DNA of 33,539 bases from Paraglomus brasilianum. Taxonomy: Eukaryota. The translations under genes were made by a program, and so were the position numbers. The notes beneath the pieces are model-generated. The model ran no database searches. It was given only the letters and a program-made list of their open reading frames with translations, and was not told the DNA's origin. The stretch lies in NCBI GenBank assembly GCA_910592345.1, contig CAJVPI010000358.1:1-33539 (forward strand), given 5' to 3'. This document shows, one piece after another, positions 12,557 to 23,400 of the stretch (position 1 is its first letter; each line of letters starts with the position of its first letter).

Positions 12557-15500
12557 ACTTTTAATAAAGACAGGGCGAAAAAAGTAATGAGAATGTAATG
12601 CATCATAATAAAAAATTTGATTTTCTTTGCCATATTCAACCAATTAAAAAAAAGAAAAGAAGAAAAAGTTGTATTTCAATAACACGTGTTAACAAGACTT
12701 ATTACTAATACAATTTTTTTGTTTTTGTCATGCACGTTTGCCAACTTTACATTCACTTAATCAACGTTATATGACTATAACCTCTTTGTGGGAGGCTGGC
12801 ACTCTAATGCTGACGCTTTGCACAGTCTGAAATCTATTCTGCTTTCCACTGTATACAAACATAGGTAAACTCCACAAGTCGGACCCGATGCTGTCCGGCT
12901 TATCAAGGAATTCGGATTATCGAATAGAGCGGACGCTCGAAAGATATTAGCTGTTAGTACGCAATTACGCGGATAGCTGAATATGCCAAAACGCCAAGTC
13001 GAAGTTTAAATTTTCCTCTGATTCAACAGTTATGAAATTGTTGTTGTTGCCCTTATTTGAGATAAGTTAGTCACGCAATTGAACAATTAAATAGGCTACC
13101 CGAAGCATAGTTCAACTACTGGTAGTACGAGCCAAGATTAGTAACATCCTCTGTTTGGTGAACACGTCTACACGAAAGATAATATCGTTATCTCTCCTAA
13201 AAAAAATACAACCGTTGCAATACGTAATAAATTTATTGAAAATAATAGAGAGAATCAACTATTAAAATTTATGCTTTTTTCAAGCATGCAATTGTAAAGG
13301 CGATGGCGAGAAATGATGACGTATTCCTCGCGACAATTTCTGTACTATCGCAAGAGGCCAAAATCTCAGATTGGCCAACATTCGACAGTTAATATTTTCG
13401 CACCTGGCCTCTAACAAAAACGTGAGATATAGAAGGGGGAAATGGCATTGTCCACGGTTCTACAATGTCCTTAATTTCTTAATATCTATTTCTTATAATC
13501 ATAGGAAAAGCGTTGTTCGATTTATTTGAATTATCGTTTTATACGATTTCATTTGCACTACTGCTCACGATTGCTAATATAAGAATGACCCCCACTTTTT
13601 GGACAATCTTTAACTATAAATACATCCCATCCAAATAGACGTCCATAAAGGGTCAAGCAGTCCTGGAAAAGAAGTTAAGCGTTACACGCGGATCTTTCAA
13701 TCTTATATTAATGTTAAATATTCGTGGTTGCTATAATGCACATGAATAAACTACGTTATAAGTATATCTATAAATTAATAACGATTTTTGAGAATAGCGA
13801 TTTTTAACGTCATAATAACGAGGTTGGTTTCTTTCTTAATAGTTTGTGGCGTAGTTTGATACGTAAACATGGCATAGGAGTATCAATAGATAGGCGTGTT
13901 GAAAGGAAATAGTAAGGGCATTTATAAAAATTTTCAAAGAGCGCATGGATAAATTAGCCATTGCGATCTGCGAAAAAAAAAAATTAAATTTTTTCATATT
14001 ATTATCCATTTCGTTTTTAATTCTAACAGCACGGCTTGTAGTCAGGAGGCGTAGATTTTATTGCGCGTTAAAATAAACATTTAACCTGATTTATCAATGT
14101 GAAGTAAAAATCATATCCGCTTGAAAAATTAAATTGATTAACGACTTTGACAAAGAATGCTAAAATAACGGGTAATTGACACTAATTCTAACAATAATAA
14201 TACAAATGTTTCGGACTTAGATTTCGGTAGAGCTGCAAATGATCATCGTCCTGAACTACTCTATCTCAGTACTGCAGAAATCACTTGATCAAATCGCTGT
14301 TCCCCTCTTTAATAGCGGTTGAGCCATTCTTAAAAGATTCAAACTGTACCTCTTCGGCTCTTCCACTCCCAGCTCTATACTACACTCTAAGTCCTCTACT
14401 CTATTAAAACTAACTAATTATAAGATAGCTAATTTAATAGATGGGCAAACATGCATGATTTTTTAAAATGTTCATCACCCTCAAAATATTGCTTCTCTTC
14501 CAGCCGCTTTCCTCCACTACCGCATTTTCTTCAGTTTTGTGGTTTGGGGGCTTCTGGTATCGGGTGTCTGAAGGTTAGGATTGTTGCCGCGTCTTCTCAG
14601 TAGTAACAGGTCGGTAGTTGAGCGGAATACATATTAGATTGCTTGGTTATTGACAAGCATATCACTGTTTTGTTACAGTCAAAAGCAATCCGAGTATCGA
14701 GATCATGTGGATCATGTGTCGGCAAACTTTTTGAAACCGAGGAAGTGATTCGTATGTAACTTCTAAGTGTATAATAGATATAACAATAATAACAGTTAGT
14801 TTTGCTATTCACTGAAGACAAAAAGATACCTTTTGTTGAAAAGACGTCGATATGTGAATAAATTAACAAACGTACAATAAACAGCTTCGTTATCACATTA
14901 TTATCCTTAAACTTATTCGGTGCGATAATGGGGAAGCAGTTTTGTGTGCATTGTGTAGTCGTGTACCGCACGTTAGTGGAGGGCCGGAATGTTCGCTCTT
15001 GTGCAAACTCTTTCGTCGGTTATGCGGTCGGCAAACCGTGTTTTATTGAGTTCATTGTTCGATGGGCGCAATATGGTTTACGGTGAAGGTTTGTATATCA
15101 AGTGAGTTTGTGATCGCGTTTTTTGGGGAGGAAAGGAGAGAAGCGTCTAGTTATATACGCGTAAGACGACAATTTGGTGCTACTATTATCAGTAAGGTCT
15201 GCGACTGTCAACCAATAGTAAAGCACAAACGGGCATCAATATATTGCCTAGTGTAACACATCATTACATCATATCAGTATCAGTATAAAATTTTTCTCAA
15301 TTTTAATTAAACTGATTTCTATGATAGTGTCGTGCCGACGGTCACGGGAGAGCGGATAACTCAGAGGTATGGTTACTCCTACTCGCTAAATATAACGACA
15401 GTTAATAGTCGATCGATAGACGCCAATCACGTCGTTCAAGCACCTTTAGCGTTCAATCGTAGGTGCAACTAAATAAAGGAACACAAAACTCCAATCACGT

Positions 15501-15630
15501 CGTTCCTCGAGTATATTCACTATTATTCGTCGATGGAATTAGTTTCAACAGTCTATAATTCTGGAATGTTCGATTGCTAATGAACGAATATTTATCGTAA
15601 TTGTACTCCTAACTGAGATTAACGGTTTCT

Positions 15631-15647
15631 TATATATATATATATAT
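15631..15647. repeat. (TA)n microsatellite
   Basis: TATATATATATATATAT read directly. Confidence 0.85.
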
Positions 15648-17964
15648 CGTAATTTACCAGAGAACGAATCATTAATAATGTATTTCAGAGTACAAAAACT
15701 ACTCGTTATTATTAGAAAGAAATATTAATTGAACATTACAGAACATGATCGACCGAACATTTAGGGATATGAAAAACATGATGCAAACACGATTAATTCT
15801 ATTGGAAAGTCGCGCTTCCTATATATCTTATGAGGTGTCAGTTTCGCCTAATTATTCTATTTTTGTGTAATATTTGTGACAGTCCTAACAGCATGGTTTG
15901 TTATAACAATATAAGAAACTTACACTTCCACCACTATGTACCAACACGATCCACACGAGTCTTTCACATGCCTTCACTATTATCATCATGGAAATGGTTT
16001 CTGCTTGTCATCTTTAGCAAATATTAGTATTGATAATTCCAACTTATTCTATTGAACAGATAATAATAAAATAATTTAAACATTACAAAAGTAACAGTTT
16101 ATGAAAGTTACTAATGGGTAATTGAATAAAACATTTGGCAAATTATAAAATTTGCAATGGCTGTCAATAGAATACTGTGCATACATGGTCCGAGTAAGAC
16201 AAAATCTAAATTGATTTGTGTAGGCGAAAAGTAAATGCATATGTTGCTTCATAACAATCTGCTATTGATGTAACGGTTTCGGTGTGAACGCATTTTGATA
16301 GTTTAAGTTATCTCAAATGTGAGATACAAATCAACGGAGTTAAAAATTCTTTTGTTGCCATTTACTATTACAGCTTGCGTAATATTACACCTGCGAATTG
16401 TTATTATCGCCAATACCCTTGCTATTTACATACTGATGAGAGGAGATTATCGTTAGCAAGAACGCATAACTATGTTATCAATTATCAAGAGACAGCTTTT
16501 TAGAGCCCTGAAGGTCAGCTGATTAATCACTCTCCGTCTTCAGCAGGCACGATGAAAAACTGGACTTCGATATCGACCGAATATAAGGCATGCAGTATCG
16601 AAGTGTTAAGCTTCATGTGATATAACCGAATGATGACGCATGTGTGCCAAATTGTTATCCGTTACTTTACTCTGCATGCTGTACTGAAATATTAATATTA
16701 TTCTCACGACGATAATTACCAAAGTTATTATAGATACAGTATCTATTTTATAGTCATGGATTTGAAGACTCCTCGTTATTACGAGCTGTCCTGGGATTTG
16801 AGAACGTTTCAAGATTATCACATTTTTTCCGACTTATCACATAAATCATGTAGTTTATTGGTGCAAGAGATTATTCTAGTGTGATAATTCCGAAACGGGT
16901 CAAATTCTAGAATGTCACAGTCATAACATCATCAATATCAACGTGTAAGAAAGTAGTAAATTCGTATGTTAGGAAAAATAAATTTGAGGATAAAGTTTTC
17001 TTTTGAGAGATCAAGAATGAGGCGGAGCTATCTATCCTTTATATGTCACGAAAAACTGTGCATGTCAGGTGCATAGGTTATGATTTTCAAGCCTATTTAG
17101 CTCAAACCTTCCTTTCCTGTGACACCTTAGTCAACGTTTCAATTAGTTATAATGTATAAATTAATGTTAATAAGAAACATAAAAACCGCACGTTGTTGCA
17201 TTGTTCATTCAAATAAGTAGCGTTATTAATACATATATTGCCATATAGTAATAGTGATAGCTTGTGATCGTCAAAACCGTTCGTAAACTGGTCGGCCATA
17301 ATCGGTTACTACCAACAGGTGGTAACTTTATTTCGACTGAACTCTGCGTAAAGTCATTCTTTATTCTCAATCGCACAAAAAATTAAACTCTGTGTTCATG
17401 TGACTCCGATTATCGGTGAAACAAGAACATTCCATAAATAGTACATATGCCATGCCAAAATGAGAAATATAATTAACAAGATTTTCTCCCCTGCTTAACA
17501 AAGAAGCGGGCCCTACTAACTATGAATGAATTTAATCAGCGCAGTGCTATCTTTAAACGTAAACTGACATTTAAGGTTTGTGTTTAAAAGCACGGTAATA
17601 TCAATTTTTTATTTTATTGTCGTATAAATAATGAAGAATGGGGAGATGATTCCTATTGTATTTTAACCTTATCTCTTTTATCAACAGGATGTTGATGTTC
17701 ACTGCATATTCCATGCATTTGTAGAAATTGCAGATCTAGATGTCACGCGAATACGGTCATGCATGACTTTTGATAAAATCTAATTTCTAATAGTAAATAT
17801 AGTCATAGTTATGTTAAAAGTTCTATTTCGAAATACATATGTCCTCATCTTAGACTGAACGAACTGTTTAATCAGGGGAATATCGGGGATATACGGTTGT
17901 TACGAGAATATAAATAGAGCAATTAAAAGCAATGAGGACACCCGAGTAGCATTCGAAATAGTGG

Positions 17965-18255
17965 TACAATGAACCCATCTCTAATATCACCTCACGGGAC
18001 CGGCGGGTGTTAGAGTTAGGGTTTTAAATAAACGACATCATATCTGATAATGATATAAAATACTAATTTATATTGATTTTGATATCAGCGAGGACATGTG
18101 ATTAGGAATGAATATGTTGATAGGGATATCAACGGGGTATGATGTCAAAATTTATATATGCGGGGGAATTTATATATGGGGAATTTAAAATCCGTTCTTA
18201 GTCACTGTTGCTAATAGAAAGAGGTTGGGGTGGATATTAGAGAGGGTTCACTGTA
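17965..18255. mobile_element. Non-autonomous Tc1/mariner(pogo)-type MITE, about 287 bp
   Basis: Left end TA|CAATGAACCCATCTCTAATATCACC (TIR from 17967). Right end, reverse-complemented, TA|CAGTGAACCCTCTCTAATATCCACC (TIR ends 18253). TA flanks both ends as a target-site duplication. No internal ORF. Confidence 0.8.
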
Positions 18256-18937
18256 TTGGCATTCCTATTATATTCATCATTCAAGTAATACAAGAGTTAG
18301 TATTAATCCCTAATTTATCGAATAGAAACTATCCAACATGTCGTCATAATTAAACTCGTATTTGCAATTAGATTCATTCTCTTCGTCACAAAAACACTCA
18401 ATTGTGCCTTCGTTCAGTCAATTCCTCGGCCGATTACGTCAATAGTAACTTATTTGTATAGTTTGCTCAATTGTATTCAGCGTTCATTCTGCATGCCCAG
18501 AGCATTGATGAGCAAGGGTGATGTCGGAATGGTAGATTATGGCATTCACAGAAGAAGATCGTGATGAACAGCGCATATTAATGTTGCAACTATGTGATGT
18601 ACGCAAGTTAATCCAACTTACCATCACGTTAAAATTAATATGGTTTAGGGTCTGGCTATTGATGTATATACATATGTCTTCATTGTTCCCTGCCATATGA
18701 CCCTTACCCATTTTTGTCATTCTACGTGTGGGGGAAGACAAGTAATTATATAATGGTCACAAACAGCATTCGTTTTAATAAGAAAACTATTATTTACATG
18801 TTAATCAAGCGTGCTATCACAGATTACTTAATTTGCCATAATAAACTATTACATTGACACCATTTATGACATTGCCACCTGGGAACAATTGACTATGGTG
18901 ATCTCATTCATGCATACAGATTATGATTGATATGTTC

Positions 18938-18993
18938 ATAGATAGATGGATGGATGGATGGGAATAGATAGATAATAGATAGATAGATAAATA
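18938..18993. repeat. Compound (GATA)n/(GATG)n microsatellite
   Basis: ATAGATAGATGGATGGATGGATGGGAATAGATAGATAATAGATAGATAGATAAATAGA read directly. Confidence 0.8.
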
Positions 18994-19787
18994 GACATAT
19001 ATCCAATCTTTGGTGGATTGAATTATCGAATTATTGTTCCGCTGAGAGATTGAACAAGGAAATGTCCGCTGGTATTCCGTGAACTATGTGATTGTGTTTC
19101 TTATTATCTACACATCAGCATTGTAGTGACTTGTTCGTGTATTTAGCGCTGATGGGTCAATTGGTCCGCATAGATCCCTATTAGTCTTTAATTGTATTAA
19201 GAATGCTACATTTGGGAGAATACTAATTCAGCCTCCCTTTAATAGTCTCGCCAAGATCTAATCTTTTTTGATATGGAGAAGACGCATGCGAGAGATTTGA
19301 GATCATTTGACATGATTGGCAGGCGGGACTGTTGTTATCGATATGTATTATAATTTATCAACGTCGACATGTCTATTTGGATTACTTAATAGGTTAGTTC
19401 GTTCAATGGTTGGTGAATTAATGTCGGCTGAATTCCTGATGTACCGATAAGCGCACCGTCCCGAGTGACCATCAATGGTGTTTACTGTTTCTCATGCGAG
19501 ATCGGGTGTTGCAATAGATTTTTGATGCCTAATAATCGACCAATCATCGAGTGTATATTGTCCTACGCACTCGCAGCATCGTTGGGTCTCATGATCAGAT
19601 TGGATCTCATGATCAGAATATCCTATCACCTGACAACAACGTTCACCATTTGCATAGCCTTTATCTTATTTTCAACAAGGAAAAAAACGGGAGTAGCGTA
19701 ATATGCAGTGAGTGTAGTATGACTGGCTGATATAACAACAATTCGTGTCACGCTTGCATCACAAAACACCCTGCAATAAATTTTAGA

Positions 19788-20408
19788 TTATCTGCAAATT
19801 TTCTGTTTAAAACTGCCTTAGGAGATAAGCCTATGCAAAAAGATTGGATGAGTTTCACATGTTATCATATCATATCAAGAGGACACATAAAAAAAAAGCG
19901 AGCTTACCGACTACTTGGTTGTATAATAATTAAAATCAAAACTAAATTCGAATGGCAAAAACACGATTAAAATAAGTATTAATAATATTACTGAATAATT
20001 TATTTGTTATCTGATCGATATCAGTCTTTATTAATCGATCAACCCATCTTTGACATAAATTCCTCAGCCAAGCCCGGGCTGTTATAAAGTTTCCATCATT
20101 TTATTACACAACTTCGTTAACGATTCAAAAAAAAATAAATCCCTCTGATTATCATCGGAAAAAACACGGCCTAGTATATATTGACACATCACCAATTTAT
20201 TCGACTCACTCCCTGTCCCTCTCCTGACTTCTCTCTCTTTTTGCTGTGCGTCTTTTCTGTCCATTGGAATACACATCTCTAATAGTCGTATAGCATACAT
20301 ACCACTAAAGCAATATATATTCGCAGAACAACTATCCCACAAAATTGCAGCTGGGTATCGATACAGCAACTTATTAATATAATAACCTTCGCAAATTTAT
20401 AATTATCA
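19788..20408. promoter_or_regulatory. Possible GATA-factor (AreA/Gln3-type) sites upstream of glutamate synthase
   Basis: WGATAA on either strand at 19788, 19823, 19862, 20007, 20149 and 20403. This fits nitrogen regulation, but the region is AT-rich so several sites are expected by chance. Confidence 0.3.
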
Positions 20409-20442
20409 ATCAGAATTCCCATACTTCTGATTTTTAAATAGT

Positions 20443-23400
20443 ATGGTCTCTATTGCAAACGAAGTCACTCAAACAGAAAATAATATCTACGAACAACATC
20501 AAGATGAATCGAATAATTCTTGGGCAGGTGCCATTCCAAAGAAGCAAGGTTTATATGACCCAGAATACGAAAAAGATGCATGTGGAGTCGGCTTCATCGT
20601 TCACATCAAGGGTGCTCCCTCTCATAAAATTCTCAGCGATGCACGAGGCATCCTTTGCAACATGACTCACAGAGGTGCTGTCGGTGCTGATGCAAGAGAC
20701 GGTGATGGGGCTGGTGTAATGACTAGCATCCCGCACACACTTTTTTCAATCGAATGTCCTAGGCTCGGCATTCAATTGCCTTCTCATGGTCAATACGCCG
20801 TCGGTAATATCTTCTTCAAACCAGAAGCTTCTGTTATGGAAGAGAGCAAGCAAACCTTCGAACGGACCGCCAATCAATTGGGTTTGAAGGTTCTCGGATG
20901 GCGTGAAGTACCTATAGACAACTCCATACTCGGCCCAGCAGCGAAATCCCTCGAACCTGTTATTCTTCAGCCATTCGTTACACTCAAGGATTACGCTTCA
21001 GAGTCGATTGATTTTGATGAAAAATACTTTGAGAGACAGCTGTACGTACTTCGCAAGCAATCTACCCATAAAATCACTGTCAATAAGTGGTTCTATATCT
21101 GTTCGTTATCGAGCAAAAACATCGTATACAAGGGCCAGCTTGCACCCGTGCAAGTTTATAATTATTTCCACGACCTGAACAATGTACACTATAAAACACA
21201 CTTTGCATTGGTTCACTCGCGATTCTCGACCAACACCTTCCCGTCGTGGGACCGTGCCCAGCCAATGAGATGGTGCGCGCATAATGGAGAGATTAATACT
21301 CTACGTGGAAACAAGAACTGGATGAGAGCGCGTGAAGGAATTATGAAATCAGATTTGTTTGGGTCAGAATTGGACTTACTTTATCCAATTATAGAAGAAG
21401 GCGGTTCAGATTCGGCCGCGTTCGATAATGTACTTGAACTGCTTGTTATAAACGGTGTATTATCGCTTCCTGAAGCTGTAATGATGATGATTCCGGAGGC
21501 ATGGCAAAATCACGAGCACATGGAGCCTGAAAAAAAGGCATTCTATCAATGGGCTGCCTGTCTTATGGAACCATGGGATGGACCCGCTTTGTTCACGTTC
21601 TCCGATGGTCGATACTGCGGTGCTAGCTTGGATAGGAACGGTCTTCGTCCGTGTCGTTTCTATATTACTGATGACGATCGGATGATCTGTGCTTCGGAGG
21701 TCGGAACGTTGTTTATCGAGCCAGATCATATAGTCCAGAAAGGTCGATTACAACCAGGAAAGATGTTATTGGTTGATACTGCAGAAGGGCGCGTAGTTGA
21801 CGACCGTGAGCTGAAACTGTCTGTTGCTGCCAAGCGAAATTTCGGCGGATGGGTTGAGAAACAAATGATCAGATTACAGGATGTGATTCACAGAATAAAG
21901 ATCACTGGTAATGGAATAGAAGTCAAGCTAGATTCGTTCACTATTGCTGAGGATCCCAGATTATCTGCATTTGGTTACACTATCGAGCAGTTGAATCTGT
22001 TAATGTTACCTATGGTAAGTTACATGCAATGTGGTAGATGTAGATTAAACACGGTTATTTTATTTGACTATATATTGACGCAATATCTACACATAATACT
22101 CAAATAGGTGAGCAGTGGCAAAGAAGCTCTTGGTTCCATGGGTAACGACGCTCCACTCGCATGTTTAGCTAGCCAACCTCGTCTAATCTACGACTATTTC
22201 CGTCAACTTTTCGCCCAAGTCACGAACCCTCCTATCGATCCTATTCGCGAAGAGATTGTCATGTCTCTCGAGTGTTATGTTGGCCCCGAAGGCAATCTTC
22301 TCGAAATAGACGAATTACAAACATGCCGACTGGCCCTACCCTCTCCAGTGCTTACAATTGAAGAACTCAATGCTATAAAACGCATGGACCGTGTATTTCC
22401 TGGTTGGGGGGTTGTCACTATAGATATCACTTTTCCCAGAGAAGAAGGTCCGGCCGGATACTTACTTGCCCTTGAGCGCGTCTGTGCTGAAGTATCACAT
22501 GCCATTCAAGATGGCTTCAAGGTTGTTGTGCTTTCTGATGCAGCAACAGACGTCAACCGTGTTCCAATCTCTTCGCTCATTGCCGTTGGTGGAGTGCACC
22601 ATCATCTAGTACGTACTAAGCAACGAACAAAAATTGCGCTAGTAGTTGAAACCGGTGAAGCTCGTGAAGTACATCATATTTGCGTCTTGTTAGGTTATGG
22701 TGCGGATGCTATTTGTCCATATTTGGTTTTGGAGGCCGTTATGAAGCTCGAGCGAGAAAATGCTATTAAGGGTGACTTGCCTGTTGAAAAAATCATCTCA
22801 AATTATAAGAAGGCCGTCAATAACGGTATACGTAAAGTCATGTCCAAGATGGGCATATCAACATTACAGAGTTACAAAGGTGCTCAGATTTTTGAGGCGT
22901 TGGGTATCGATGAAAGCGTCATTGCTCGATGTTTCGCGGGTACTGCTAGTAGAATAAAGGGTAAGCTTTTTTATACTCTACGTTGGCTTGTATAATTTTC
23001 GTTTACACCAATTGGATGTTTACAAACGTTCGTTTACGTTTTAGGTGTGACATTCGATGTTCTAGCACTTGACGCCATAGCAGTCCATGAGCAAGGTTAT
23101 CCATCTCGCGACACTGTAATTCCTCCAGGTCTTCCTGAATCTGGAGAATATCATTGGCGTGATGGTGGCGAGCATCACATTAACGACCCAGAAGCCATCG
23201 CCAACATCCAAGATGCTGTGCGTATGAAGAATCAAACTGCATACGACAATTATTCCCGCAACCAGCACGAACAGATCAAGAATTGTACACTTCGTGGTCT
23301 ATTGGATTTCGATTACGAAAATTCAAAACCCATACCTCTCGAACAGGTCGAACAATGGACCGAACTAGTCAAGAGATTTTGTACCGGGGCTATGTCGTAT

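Noticed and set aside
12554..12598. Selenocysteine or readthrough at the RNR1 TGA as a substitute redox tail
   Set aside because: Readthrough gives only TFNKDRAKKVMRM*, with no partner Cys, and I cannot identify a SECIS element.
12860..12935. TIR-like sequence with GTCGGAC/GTCCGGC and TTATC repeats (similar debris near 16770-16900)
   Set aside because: Probably decayed DNA-transposon ends, but I could not pair termini or define a target-site duplication.
13030..13065. NCCCCPYLR* frame as the missing RNR1 CxxC exon
   Set aside because: An in-frame TGA lies between the nearest acceptor AG and the cysteines. It is a (TGT)n microsatellite with no resemblance to RNR tails.
14560..14632. Antizyme-like +1 frameshift or readthrough at TAC-TGA after MYSAQLPTCYY
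   Set aside because: The +1 frame stops after 7 codons, readthrough gives only 21 more residues, and nothing resembles antizyme ORF2.
14905..14916. CCTTAAACTTAT, resembling the 5' end of U12 snRNA
   Set aside because: The branch-point-pairing GTAAGGA that should follow is absent and I see no Sm site or matching stems. Chance match.
15131..15143. GAAAGGAGAGAAG, resembling the U6atac snRNA core
   Set aside because: It is not followed by GTTAGC and the internal stem-loop. It is better explained as a pyrimidine-rich core-promoter tract on the opposite strand.
18015..18023. AACCCTAAC on the minus strand as a telomerase RNA template
   Set aside because: It lies inside a TIR-bounded MITE and no other telomerase RNA elements are evident.
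18484..18741. 85-aa minus-strand ORF and a possible spliced plus-strand mini-ORF (MAFTEEDRDEQRILMLQLCD)
   Set aside because: No recognisable domain and no convincing gene model.
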